This document shows positions 42,182 through 52,959 of a stretch of DNA of 64,000 nucleotides, in pieces. A program made the position numbers and the translations under genes. The stretch's first letter is position 1. Every line of letters starts with the position of its first letter. This DNA is from an uncultured Candidatus Rokubacteria bacterium (GTDB lineage Bacteria > Methylomirabilota > Methylomirabilia > Rokubacteriales > CSP1-6): assembly GCA_963771355.1 (NCBI GenBank), contig CAVYTA010000006.1:2080001-2144000 (forward strand), written 5' to 3'. The notes beneath the pieces are model-generated. The model was not told where the DNA came from and made no database searches. It saw only the letters and a list, made by a program, of their open reading frames with translations.

Positions 42182-42676
42182 GTGCCCGGGCGGAAGAGCG
42201 CGTCGAAGGGAACGGGAGCGGGCGCGGCCCCGACGGCGGGCGCGGCCCCCACGGTAAGCGAGCTGGTCGAGCTGGCGGTGAAACACGACCTCGCCGAGCT
42301 GGAGGTGGAGCAGGGCGGGGCGCGCATCCGCGTCGTGCGCGAGCGCGCGGGCGGCATGGTGGCCATGCCGCGCGCGGAGGGGGCTCCGGCGATGATCGCC
42401 GCCCCCGCCTCGGAGCCGGCGGTGGGCGCCCACCTGGTGCGCGTCGACGCGCCCATGGTGGGGACCTTCTACCGCGCACCGGGGCCGGACGCGGGCCCCT
42501 TCGTCCAGGAAGGTGACACCGTGAAGGAAGGCCAGGTGCTCTGCATCATCGAGGCGATGAAGCTCATGAACGAGATCGAGTCCAAGGCCTCCGGCCGCAT
42601 CGTCAAGATCCTGGTCGAGAACGCCCAGCCGGTCGAGTTCGGCCAGGGCCTCTTCCTCGTCGAGCCGAGGACGTAG
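42182..42676 (+). CDS. accB: Biotin carboxyl carrier protein
   Basis: APMVGTFY and EAMKLMNE. Confidence 0.95.
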   Translation: MPGRKSASKGTGAGAAPTAGAAPTVSELVELAVKHDLAELEVEQGGARIRVVRERAGGMVAMPRAEGAPAMIAAPASEPAVGAHLVRVDAPMVGTFYRAPGPDAGPFVQEGDTVKEGQVLCIIEAMKLMNEIESKASGRIVKILVENAQPVEFGQGLFLVEPRT

Positions 42677-42684
42677 TCACCCGC

Positions 42685-44019
42685 GTGTTCCACAAGATCC
42701 TCATCGCGAACCGGGGCGAGATCGCGCTCCGGGTCCTCCGGACCTGCCGCGAGATGGGTATCCGCACGGTGGTGGCTCACTCCACCGCGGATGCCGACTC
42801 CCTGCCCGTCCGGCTCGCCGACGAGTCCATCTGCATCGGACCTCCGGAGTCGCGCGCGAGCTATCTCAACATTCCCAGTATCATCTCCGCTGCCTCCATC
42901 ACCGACAGCGAGGCCATCCATCCCGGCTACGGCCTCCTCTCGGAGAACGCGGCCTTCGCGGAGATCTGCCGCGCCTGCGGCATCACGTTCATCGGCCCCT
43001 CGCCGGAGGCCATTCGCCTCATGGGCGACAAGGCGCAGGCGCGCGAGATGGCCAAGGCGGCAGGGGCGCCGGTGGTGCCGGGCAGCGAGGGGCCGCTCCA
43101 CGGGGTGGACGAAGCGCAGGAGCTGGGCGATCGCCTCGGCTACCCGGTGATGCTCAAGGCCGCCGCCGGCGGCGGCGGGCGCGGCATGCGGATCGTGCGC
43201 GCGCGGGACGAGCTCCCCCGTGCCTTCGCCACCTGTCAGGCAGAGGCCCAGAAGGCGTTCTCCTCCTCCGAGCTCTACCTCGAGAAGTTCGTGGACGAGG
43301 CGCGGCACGTGGAGGTGCAGGTGCTGGGCGACCGGAACGGCATCCGGATACACCTGGGCGAGCGCGACTGCTCCGTGCAGCGGCGGCACCAGAAGCTCGT
43401 CGAGGAATCCCCCGCGTCCTCCATCTCCGCCGAGACGCGCGCGGGCCTCTACCGGGCCGCCCTCGCGGTAGCCAATGCCGTCAACTACGTCTCCGCCGGC
43501 ACCGTGGAATTCCTCGTCGCGCGCGACGGCAGCTTCTACTTCATCGAGATGAACACGCGCATCCAGGTCGAGCATCCGGTGACCGAGCTGCTCACCGGGC
43601 TGGACATCGTGCGGGAGCAGATCCGCATCGCCGCCGGGGAGCCGCTGGGCTACAAGCAGGACGCCGTCCGCTTCGTCGGGCACGCGCTCGAGTGCCGGAT
43701 CAACGCCGAGGATCCGGAGACCTTCGTCCCGTCGCCGGGACGCGTGACCGTCTGGGTGCCGCCGGGGGGCCGCAACGTCCGCGTGGACAGCCACCTTCTG
43801 ACGGGCTACACGGTGCCCCCGCACTACGATTCCCTCGTGGCCAAGATCATCGTCCACGGGACGGATCGCGCGGACGCCATCGCGCGCATGCAGCGCGCGC
43901 TCGCCGAGACGCTGATCGAGGGGGTCAAGACCACCATCCCCTATCACCAGAAGCTCCTCTCCGACCCCGCCTTCGTCTCGGGGGAGTTCACCCTGCCCCG
44001 CCTCGAGCAGTCGCTGTAG
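42685..44019 (+). CDS. accC: Biotin carboxylase
   Basis: ANRGEIA, GGGGRGMR, FIEMNTRIQVEH and ECRINAED. Confidence 0.97.
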   Translation: MFHKILIANRGEIALRVLRTCREMGIRTVVAHSTADADSLPVRLADESICIGPPESRASYLNIPSIISAASITDSEAIHPGYGLLSENAAFAEICRACGITFIGPSPEAIRLMGDKAQAREMAKAAGAPVVPGSEGPLHGVDEAQELGDRLGYPVMLKAAAGGGGRGMRIVRARDELPRAFATCQAEAQKAFSSSELYLEKFVDEARHVEVQVLGDRNGIRIHLGERDCSVQRRHQKLVEESPASSISAETRAGLYRAALAVANAVNYVSAGTVEFLVARDGSFYFIEMNTRIQVEHPVTELLTGLDIVREQIRIAAGEPLGYKQDAVRFVGHALECRINAEDPETFVPSPGRVTVWVPPGGRNVRVDSHLLTGYTVPPHYDSLVAKIIVHGTDRADAIARMQRALAETLIEGVKTTIPYHQKLLSDPAFVSGEFTLPRLEQSL

Positions 44020-44028
44020 CCCGCGTCC

Positions 44029-44673
44029 GTGCCGCTGCCGTCGCCGCTGTACGTGATCCTCGACCGCGAGGTCGCGCGCGGACGCCCCCTGCCGGAGCTC
44101 CTGGACGCGGTGCTGGAGGGCGGTGGCCGCCTGGTGCAGCTCCGGGACAAGACCCTGCCCATGGCGGAGCTCCTGCCGCTGGCCCGAGCCCTCCGGGCCC
44201 GCTGTCGGGCGGTGGGGGCCCACTTCATCGTGAACGACCGCGCCGACCTCGCCCTCGCCGCGGAGGCGGACGGCCTCCATGTGGGGCAGGAGGATCTCCC
44301 CGCCTCCGCCGCGCGGCGCCTCCTGCGCCCCGGCATGACCCTCGGGGTCTCCACCCACGACGAGCCCCAGGCCCGCCAGGCCGTCGCGGACGGGGCCGAC
44401 TACGTCGCCGTCGGCAGCATGTTCCCCACCGGGAGCAAGACGGGCTTCCAGCTGGTCGGCCCCGCCCTGCTCCGGCAGGTGCGCCCCCTGATCTCCGTCC
44501 CCCTGGTCGCCATCGGGGGGATCACGGAGGCCAATGTCGGCGAGGTGATCCGGGCGGGGGCGGACGCGGTGGCGGTCATCTCGGCGGTGTGCGCGGCCCC
44601 GGATCCCGCGGCCGCAACCGCGCGTTTCATTGAGGCCATCGCCCGGGCCCGCGCCCGAGGGCCCGAACATTGA
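44029..44673 (+). CDS. thiE: Thiamine-phosphate synthase
   Basis: VQLRDK, IVNDR, GLHVGQED, GVSTH and VAIGGI. Confidence 0.93.
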   Translation: MPLPSPLYVILDREVARGRPLPELLDAVLEGGGRLVQLRDKTLPMAELLPLARALRARCRAVGAHFIVNDRADLALAAEADGLHVGQEDLPASAARRLLRPGMTLGVSTHDEPQARQAVADGADYVAVGSMFPTGSKTGFQLVGPALLRQVRPLISVPLVAIGGITEANVGEVIRAGADAVAVISAVCAAPDPAAATARFIEAIARARARGPEH

Positions 44674-44697
44674 CGGAGGGGCAAAAACCGTTATAAT
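44670..44697 (+). promoter_or_regulatory. Sigma70 promoter of the second Liv operon
   Basis: TTGACG-16-TATAAT. Confidence 0.7.
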
Positions 44698-44744
44698 GCC
44701 CTCGCCTTTAACCTAACTCGCGGTTGTCTTGGAGGAGTGAAGCA

Positions 44745-45947
44745 ATGAGAAACGCACGATTCCGGTTCGTCCTTGTCGCGCTGGCGGCCCTCGCGCTGGT
44801 ACTACCGTGGAGCGACGAGGTACCCGCCCAGTCCAAGGGCACGATCAAGATCGCGACCCAGAGCCCGCTGTCCGGCGGGCAGGCGGCGCTCGGGGAAGGA
44901 ATCAAGCTCGGCACCCAGCTCGCGGTGGACAAGATGAAGGGCCCGCTGGAGAAGATGGGCTTCAAGGTCGAGCTGGTGCCGTTCGACGACCAGGCCAAGC
45001 CCGACGTCGGCGTCGCCAACGCGGCCAACATCATCGCCGACAAGGACATCCTCCTCGTCGTCGGGCACCTGAACTCGGGCGTCGCCATCCCGTCCTCCGA
45101 GAAATACAAGGAGTCGCAGCTGGCGATGATCTCCCCCGCCAACACCAACCCCACCATCACCGACCGCAACTACCTCAACGTGAGCCGCGTGTGCGGGCGT
45201 GACGACGTGCAGGGCGTGGTGGGCGCCGAGTTCGCCCAGTCCAAGGGCTGGAAGACGGCGTACGTGATCCACGACAAGACCACCTACGGTCAGGGCGTGG
45301 CGGAGTTTTTCAAGGCCGACGCGGAGAAAAAGGGCATCAAGGTGCTGGGCTTCGAGGGCACCGAGGAGAAGTCGAACTTCGACCCCATCCTCACCCCGGT
45401 CAAGGCCAAGAACCCGGACCTGATCTACTTCGGCGGCATCTACGACCAGGCGGCGCCGTTCTTCAAGCAGGCGCGCGAGAAGGGCATCAAGGCGACCTTC
45501 ATGGGGCCGGACGGCATGGACTCGTCTGACCTCACCAAGATCGCGGGCCCGGCGGTGAAGGGTATGTTCTACACGTCGGTGGCCGGTCCGGTGACGGTGT
45601 ACAAGGACGCGGCGGCCTTCGCCAAGGAATACAAGGACAAGTTCAAGAAAGACCCCGAGCCGTTCGCCGCGCAGGCCTATGACGCCGCCGTCATCGGCAT
45701 GAAGGGGATCGAGGCCGCGGCCAAGGGCGCGGGCGGCAAGGTGCCCAGCCGCGAGCAGGTCTCGGTGGCCGTCCGCAAGACCAAGCACACCGGCCTCACC
45801 GGTGCCGTGGAGTTCGACGACAAGGGTGATCCCAAGAAGGCCCTCTACTTCGTGCTCCAGGTGGCCTCCGAGGATCCGGCCAAGTGGGGCGAGAACAAGG
45901 CGATCAAGACGCTGTCCATCGCGGCTCCGCCGCTGAAGAAGCCCTAA
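44745..45947 (+). CDS. Branched-chain amino acid ABC substrate-binding protein (LivJ/K-like)
   Basis: Signal peptide, PLSG, VGHLNSG, RDDVQG and DKTTYGQG. RBS GGAGG. Confidence 0.92.
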   Translation: MRNARFRFVLVALAALALVLPWSDEVPAQSKGTIKIATQSPLSGGQAALGEGIKLGTQLAVDKMKGPLEKMGFKVELVPFDDQAKPDVGVANAANIIADKDILLVVGHLNSGVAIPSSEKYKESQLAMISPANTNPTITDRNYLNVSRVCGRDDVQGVVGAEFAQSKGWKTAYVIHDKTTYGQGVAEFFKADAEKKGIKVLGFEGTEEKSNFDPILTPVKAKNPDLIYFGGIYDQAAPFFKQAREKGIKATFMGPDGMDSSDLTKIAGPAVKGMFYTSVAGPVTVYKDAAAFAKEYKDKFKKDPEPFAAQAYDAAVIGMKGIEAAAKGAGGKVPSREQVSVAVRKTKHTGLTGAVEFDDKGDPKKALYFVLQVASEDPAKWGENKAIKTLSIAAPPLKKP

Positions 45948-45966
45948 GCATCCGAATGCACCCTCG

Positions 45967-46003
45967 AAGGGGAGGGGCCGGCTAGCGGCCCCTCCCCTTT
46001 TTT
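45967..46003 (+). terminator. Intrinsic terminator/attenuator after the binding-protein gene
   Basis: AAGGGGAGGGGCCG stem paired with CGGCCCCTCCCCTT, followed by a T-run. Confidence 0.85.
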
Positions 46004-46018
46004 GGTTTTCGGCGTTTC

Positions 46019-46990
46019 ATGGACTTCGATCTCCTCATCGGGATCTTCCCGCAGGTTCTCCTCGACGGCCTGATCCTGGGCTTCATGTACGCCCTGATCG
46101 CGCTGGGGTACACCATGGTCTACGGTGTGCTCGAGTTCATCAACTTCGCCCACTCCGAGATCTTCGTGGTGGGCGCCTTCGTGGGCGTCGAGGTGCTCCT
46201 CACCTTCAAGGCCCTGGGGCTGCTCGAAGTCCTCTCGCCGTTCCTCGTCCTGATCGTGGTACTGCTGGTGGGCATGCTCGCGAGCGGGCTGCTCGCGGTG
46301 ACGGTGGAGCGCGTCGCCTACCGCCCGCTCCGCGGCGCGCCTCGTTTGATCCCGTTGATCTCCGCCATTGGCGTTTCGTTCTTCCTGCAGGACGCGGTCC
46401 GCCTCTTCGAGAGCATCTGGCGGAACGCCTTCAACCTCGTGTACCCGACGATGGATACCTTGAACCTCCGGTTCAACTTGACCGAGACCATCGACGTGTC
46501 GGTGAAGTCGCTGGTGGTGATCGTGGCCTCGCTGCTCATGCTCTGGGGGCTCCACGCCCTCGTGAACCGGACCAAGATCGGCAAGGCCATCCGCGCGGTG
46601 GCGGAGGACCAGTCCACCGCGAGCCTCATGGGCATCAACGTGAATCGCATGATCTCGCTGACGTTCCTCATCGGCGGCGCCATGGGCGGGGCGGCGGGCG
46701 TGCTCTTCGGCGTGCAGTACAGCCTGGTGAATCCCTACACGGGATTCATTCCCGGGCTCAAGGCCTTCACCGCCGCCGTGCTGGGCGGCATCGGCAACAT
46801 CCCGGGCGCCATGCTGGGCGGGCTCGTGCTGGGCCTGCTGGAGGCCTTCGCGGCGTCCTACCTGTCGCTGCTCACCGGCGGGGCCTTCGGGGCCGAGTAC
46901 AAGGATATCTTCGCCTTCTCCATCCTCATCCTCATCCTGATCTTCCGGCCCAAGGGTCTCCTCGGCGAAGTGGTCCGGGAGCGCGCCTGA
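46019..46990 (+). CDS. livH: Branched-chain amino acid ABC permease
   Basis: YALIALGYTMVYG..INFAH and KAFTAAVLGGIG. Confidence 0.93.
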   Translation: MDFDLLIGIFPQVLLDGLILGFMYALIALGYTMVYGVLEFINFAHSEIFVVGAFVGVEVLLTFKALGLLEVLSPFLVLIVVLLVGMLASGLLAVTVERVAYRPLRGAPRLIPLISAIGVSFFLQDAVRLFESIWRNAFNLVYPTMDTLNLRFNLTETIDVSVKSLVVIVASLLMLWGLHALVNRTKIGKAIRAVAEDQSTASLMGINVNRMISLTFLIGGAMGGAAGVLFGVQYSLVNPYTGFIPGLKAFTAAVLGGIGNIPGAMLGGLVLGLLEAFAASYLSLLTGGAFGAEYKDIFAFSILILILIFRPKGLLGEVVRERA

Positions 46991-47066
46991 AGGGCGAGGC
47001 GCAGCCGAAGGCGAGACGAGCGAAAATGGAAATGGGTTCCCGAGCGGAGCGAGGGCGGGTCAGGAC

Positions 47067-48344
47067 GTGATCAAACATCTCCTCGACCGTCCACCCACCG
47101 CCATCGCCATCTCGATAGGGCTGCTGGCCGTCACCGCCTACTCGGTCTCGCACTTCCCGCGCTCGATCGTCGCCTTCATGCTTTTCCAGGCCTCGATCCT
47201 GGTGCTCTACTTCGCGCGGATGCCCGGGCCGCTGAAGGCGCTCCTGACCGCGGGCACGCTGGGCGTGCTCATGCCCGTGCTCGGCAGCATCAACGGCTAT
47301 TACCTGGAAATCGTCATCCAGGTGGGCATCTTCGTGGCGCTCGCGCTCGGGCTCAATATCGTGGTCGGGCTGGCCGGTCTGCTCGACCTCGGCTACGTAG
47401 CCTTCTTCGCGGTGGGCGCCTACACCTGGGCCGTCTTCGGCTCGCCCCAGGCCAACCAGTTCATCGCCGGCGGATTCTTCCCCCTCCCCCAAGCCTGGTT
47501 CTTCCTCTTCCTCCTGCTCGGGGTGGGGGTGGCGGCGGGCGCGGGCATCCTCCTCGGGCTGCCCGTCCTTCGGCTGCACGGCGACTACCTCGCCATCGTG
47601 ACGCTGGGGTTCGGCGAGGTGATCCGCGTCCTCGCCAACAACCTCGACAAGCCCATCAACTTCACCAACGGGCCCAAGGGCATCACGCCCATCTCACGGC
47701 CGCCCATTTTCTTCGAGCCGGCGCTGCGCGCGATCGGCATCGACCCCAATCCCAACCTGATCTATCCGCTCTACCTCTATTTCATCGTGCTCGCCATCGT
47801 GGGCGTGACCGTGCTGGTGAATCGCCGACTCGAGGACTCGCACATCGGCCGGGCCTGGGAGGCCATCCGTGAGGACCAGACGGCGGCCCAGGCCATGGGG
47901 GTGCCGCTGGTGCGGATGAAGCTCCTCGCCTTCGCGTGCGGCGCGTCCTTCGCGGGCGCGGTGGGCGTGCTCTTCTCCGCCAAGCAGGTATTCATCAACC
48001 CCGAGTCCTTCACCTTCATGGAGTCCATCGGGGTGCTGGCCATGGTGATCCTGGGCGGGATGGGCTCCATTCCGGGCGCCATCCTCGGCGCCACCGTGGT
48101 CACGGTGCTCAACCTGCAGGTGCTCAAGGGCTTGTCCCTCTGGCTCAACGAGCTGCGCAACGCCGGGACCACCATCTTCGGCTGGAGCCTCACCAACTGG
48201 CCCACCCAGCTCGAGCCCGCCAAGTACGAGCGGATGGTGTTCGGCCTGATCCTCGTGCTCATGATGATCTTCCGGCCCCAGGGCATCCTCCCTGCGCGCC
48301 GGCGCCAGCGGGAGCTCACGGACGGCTCGAGCGAGCCCCGGTAG
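47067..48344 (+). CDS. livM: Branched-chain amino acid ABC permease
   Basis: GLNIVVGLAGLLDLGY, GDYLAIVTLGFGE and AIRED. Confidence 0.93.
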   Translation: MIKHLLDRPPTAIAISIGLLAVTAYSVSHFPRSIVAFMLFQASILVLYFARMPGPLKALLTAGTLGVLMPVLGSINGYYLEIVIQVGIFVALALGLNIVVGLAGLLDLGYVAFFAVGAYTWAVFGSPQANQFIAGGFFPLPQAWFFLFLLLGVGVAAGAGILLGLPVLRLHGDYLAIVTLGFGEVIRVLANNLDKPINFTNGPKGITPISRPPIFFEPALRAIGIDPNPNLIYPLYLYFIVLAIVGVTVLVNRRLEDSHIGRAWEAIREDQTAAQAMGVPLVRMKLLAFACGASFAGAVGVLFSAKQVFINPESFTFMESIGVLAMVILGGMGSIPGAILGATVVTVLNLQVLKGLSLWLNELRNAGTTIFGWSLTNWPTQLEPAKYERMVFGLILVLMMIFRPQGILPARRRQRELTDGSSEPR

Positions 48345-48348
48345 CAGC

Positions 48349-49138
48349 ATGGGCATCATCCTCGAGGCCCGCGGCATCACCAAGCGCTTCGGCGGGCTCA
48401 CCGCCCTCGACTCCATCGACTTCACCCTGGAAGAAGGCCACATCGCCTCGATCATCGGTCCCAACGGGGCCGGCAAGACCACCTTCTTCAACGTCTTCAC
48501 CGGCATCTACGTGCCCGAGGAAGGCGTGGTCACCTTCAAGGGCACCCCCCTGCTCGGCAAGCGCCCCGACCAGATCACCGCGCTCGGCATCTGCCGGACC
48601 TTCCAGAACATCCGCTTGTTCTCGAACATGACCGCGGTGGAGAACGTGCTGGTCGGCATGCACAGCCGCGTGGCCCTGGGTCTCTGGGACGTGCTGGGGC
48701 GCGGACCGCGCTGGACGCGGACGGAGCAGGCGCTCTGGGAACGGGCCGCCGAGCTCCTGTCCCTGGTGGGCCTGCGGGCCAAGGCCAATGAGGTGGCGCG
48801 TAATCTCCCCTACGGCGATCAGCGCCGGCTCGAGATCGGGCGCGCGCTGGCCTCCCGCCCCTCGGTGCTGCTGCTCGACGAGCCGACCGCGGGCATGACG
48901 CAGGGCGAGGCGCGCGGGCTCATGGATCTCCTCCGCCGGCTCGTGCGCGAGCTGGCCCTCACCGTGCTGCTCATCGAGCACAACATGCGCGTGGTCATGG
49001 CGGTGTCCGACCACGTCACCGTGCTCGACTACGGGCAGAAGATCGCCGAGGGCATCCCCGCCGAGGTACAGCGGAATCCGCGGGTGATCGAGGCGTATCT
49101 CGGGCGGAGGAAGCCCGCGGTGACACCGGGAGCGGCCG

Positions 49139-49146
<8 letters not shown>
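48349..49146 (+). CDS. livG: Branched-chain amino acid ABC ATPase
   Basis: GPNGAGKTT, RTFQNIRLF and LPYGDQRRLE. Confidence 0.92.
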
Positions 49147-49869
<723 letters not shown>

Positions 49870-49873
<4 letters not shown>

Positions 49874-50331
49874 GAACCCAGGGACTGACGTACGAGGACC
49901 ATCAGGTCGGGGCCAGGTACGAGACCCTCGCCCGGACCGTCTCGGAGGCCGACATCTGCGCCTACGTGAACCTCTGCGGCTTCAACGAGCCGCTCTTCTA
50001 CGACATGGAGTACGTGGCGCGCGAGTCGGTCTTCAAGGGCAAGCCCTCGCCGGGGGCGTTCACCTTCTCGCTCTCCGAGGGGCTGATCATGCAGACGGGC
50101 CTGATCCACGGCACCGGCATGTCCTATCTCGGCGGGGAGATCCGCATCGTGTCGCCGGTACTGGCGGGCGACACCATCCGCGTCACCGTCACCATCTCGG
50201 ACAAGCGCGAGACCAAGAAGCCCGACCGCGGCATCGTGACGTACACGCATACGGTCACGAATCAACGTGGAGACGTGGTGCTGGAGGCGCAGGTCAAGCG
50301 CATGATCAAGCGGGCTCCCGCGAAGGCGTGA
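49870..50331 (+). CDS. MaoC-like (hot-dog fold) dehydratase
   Basis: YED..VG, RTVSEAD, PVLAGDTI and RGIV..NQRG. Confidence 0.85.
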
Positions 50332-51305
50332 TGCGCGTCCTCGGCGGAGAGGACCTCGAGCGGCTCCTCGCCCCGGCCGACGTGATCCGCGCGGTGGAAG
50401 GGGCCTTCCGCGAGCACGCGGCCGGGCGCGCCCATACCCTGCCCCGCGCCGTCCTGCCCATGCGGGGCGCGGGACTCTTCCTCGCCATGGTGGGGAGCCT
50501 GCCCCGCCGGCGCGCGCTCGGCACCAAGCTCGTCACCGTGGTGGGGGCGAACCGCGGGCGCGGTCTTCCCACCCTCCACGCCACCTATCTCCTCACCGAC
50601 CCGGAGACGGGGGTGCCGCTGGCCCTCATGGAGGCGGGGTTCCTCACCGCCATCCGCACCGGAGCGGCCTCGGCCCTGGCCGCACGCTACCTGGCGCGGC
50701 GCGACAGCAAGGCCGTGGCCTGCTTCGGCGCGGGCGTGCAGGCCCGCTACCAGCTGCTCTGCCTCCAGGCGATATTCCCCGTCGAGCGGGTCAGCGTGGT
50801 GGGACGCTCGCCCGAGCGCGCCCGCGCCTTCGCCGCTCGCATGGCGCGCGAGCTCGGGATTCCCGTGGAGGCCACCCGCGACCGCCGCGCGGCGGTGGCG
50901 GGGGCCGACCTCGTCACCTGCGCCACCACCTCGCCCACCCCCGTCTTCGATGGCCGGGACGCCCGGCCCGGCACCCACGTGGACGCGGTAGGCGCGTTCC
51001 GGGCGACCACCAGGGAGGTGGACACCACGCTCGTGCGACGGGCCTACGTGGCGGTGGACACCTACGAGGGGGCGTGGGAGGAGGCGGGGGATCTCCTGAT
51101 CCCCATCAAGGCCGGCGCCATCACGCGCCGGCATGTCCGTGCCGACCTGGCCGAGCTGGTCTCCCGCCGGAAGCGGGGGCGGACCACGCGGGAGGAGATC
51201 ACCCTCTTCAAGTCCGTCGGCTTCGCCCTGGAAGATGCGGCCACCGCGCGCCTGGCTTATGATCGAGCCGTGGCGGCGAACGTCGGCACCGAGGTGGCGC
51301 TTTGA
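50328..51305 (+). CDS. Ornithine cyclodeaminase/mu-crystallin family protein
   Basis: LTAIRTGAASA, GAGVQA, CATTS and FKSVGFALED. Confidence 0.9.
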   Translation: MMRVLGGEDLERLLAPADVIRAVEGAFREHAAGRAHTLPRAVLPMRGAGLFLAMVGSLPRRRALGTKLVTVVGANRGRGLPTLHATYLLTDPETGVPLALMEAGFLTAIRTGAASALAARYLARRDSKAVACFGAGVQARYQLLCLQAIFPVERVSVVGRSPERARAFAARMARELGIPVEATRDRRAAVAGADLVTCATTSPTPVFDGRDARPGTHVDAVGAFRATTREVDTTLVRRAYVAVDTYEGAWEEAGDLLIPIKAGAITRRHVRADLAELVSRRKRGRTTREEITLFKSVGFALEDAATARLAYDRAVAANVGTEVAL

Positions 51306-51772
51306 GCGAGTCCGGGCGCATCGTCCAGATCAGCGTCTCGCCGGGCGGTGTTCCCAAGCGCCCGGTCGAGTCGGCGGACGTCACGGCGGGCGGCGTGGCC
51401 GGCGATGCCCAGCGCGATCTCGAGCACCACGGTGGTCCCGACCGCGCGCTCTGCCTGTTCCCGATGGAGCTGATCCGCACGCTGCAGGCCGAGGGGCACC
51501 CCATCGCGCCCGGGCAGATCGGCGAGAACCTCACCGTGGAGGGGCTCGACTGGGACACGGTAGCGCCGGGAGTCCGCCTGCTCCTTGGCGAGGACGTCCT
51601 CGTGGAAGTCACCCGCTACACGAGCCCCTGCGGCAATATCCGCGCCGCGTTCACCGGGGGCAACTACGCGCGGGTCTCCCAGAAGCGGCACCCGGGCGCG
51701 AGCCGCGTCTACGCCCGCGTGCTCCGGACGGGAGCGATCCGTCGCGGCGACCCGGTCCGCCTCCTTCCGTGA
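51302..51772 (+). CDS. MOSC-domain protein (YiiM-like)
   Basis: GGVPK, HGGPDRA, GENLT, PC and GAIRRGD. Confidence 0.88.
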   Translation: MSESGRIVQISVSPGGVPKRPVESADVTAGGVAGDAQRDLEHHGGPDRALCLFPMELIRTLQAEGHPIAPGQIGENLTVEGLDWDTVAPGVRLLLGEDVLVEVTRYTSPCGNIRAAFTGGNYARVSQKRHPGASRVYARVLRTGAIRRGDPVRLLP

Positions 51773-52954
51773 CGACGCGCGCCGTCGACGCCATCATCAT
51801 CGGCGGAGGAATCACCGGCGTCTCCACCGCCTTCCAGCTCGCGGGGATGGGCCTCCGCCGGGTGCTCGTCCTCGAGAAAGCGTTCATCGGGGCGGGAGGC
51901 ACCGGCCGATCCGTCGGGATCATTCGCCAGCTGTATCCCACGCGGGAGACCAGCGAGATGGTGCTCCGCTCGCTCGCCGTCTTCGAGCGGTTCGGGGAGG
52001 CGGTGGGTGGATCCTCCGGCTTCGTCCGCTCCGGCGTCCTCATCGGCGTCTCCCCCGCGATGCGCCCGACCCTCGAAAGGACCCTCGCCCTCCAGCGCGC
52101 CGTGGGCATCCGCGCCGAGATCGTCGAGCCCGCCGATCTCTCCCGCATCGAGCCCCGCATCGACCCCACCGGCCTCGGCGCCCTCCTCTGGGAGCCGGGC
52201 TCCGGCTACGGCGATCCGTCCGCGGTGACGGCGGGCTATGCCGAGGCGGCGCGGAAGCGCGGTGCCGTCATCGAGCAGGGCGTGGAGGTGATCGCCATCC
52301 GCGAGGCGAGCGGGCGGGTGACCGGCGTCGACACGGCGGCGGGCGACCGCATCGACGCGCCCGTCGTGATCAATGCCGCCGGCCTGTGGTCGCCGCGCGT
52401 GGCGCGCCTGGCCGGGCACGAGCTCCCGATCATCATCGGTCGCCACCCCGTGTTCATCGTCGAGCGTGACGCGGCTTTCGGCCCCGCGCACACGGTGTAT
52501 CTCGACCTCGCCGGCGGCTCCTACGCGCGGCCCGAGACGGGCGGGCTCACCCTGACGGGCTCGCTCACCGACGACGAGACCGAGCATCCGATGGACGCCG
52601 ACCTCCTGGGCAGCGAGGCGGGCTTCGACGAGGCCAGCGCCGTGCTCGCCCGGACCGCGCGTGCCATCCCCGCGCTGGCGGACTCGCGCTTCAGCCGCGG
52701 CTATGCCGGGGCCTTCGACATCACCCCGGACTGGATGCCGATCCTCGACGAGTCGCCCCTGTCCGGCTTCTACGTCGCGGCGGGGATGTCGGGGCACGGC
52801 TTCAAGCTGGCGCCCGCGGTGGGGGAGATGATGGCGGCGCTGGTCACGGGCGCGCGCCCGCCGGTTTCCCTGGCGCCCTTCCGGCGGGGACGATTCGACG
52901 GTGCGCGGCGGCTCGGCCACCTTCGTGTCCTCCTACCTCGGCGTCGGAGGCTGA
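51769..52954 (+). CDS. FAD-dependent oxidoreductase (DAO/sarcosine oxidase beta-like); probable frameshift near 52905
   Basis: IIGGGITG, TGRSVGIIR, NAAGLW, TPDWMP and GMSGHGFKLAP. The likely C-terminus (GSATFVSSYLGVGG*) is in a neighbouring frame. Confidence 0.85.
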
Positions 52955-52959
52955 GCGCT

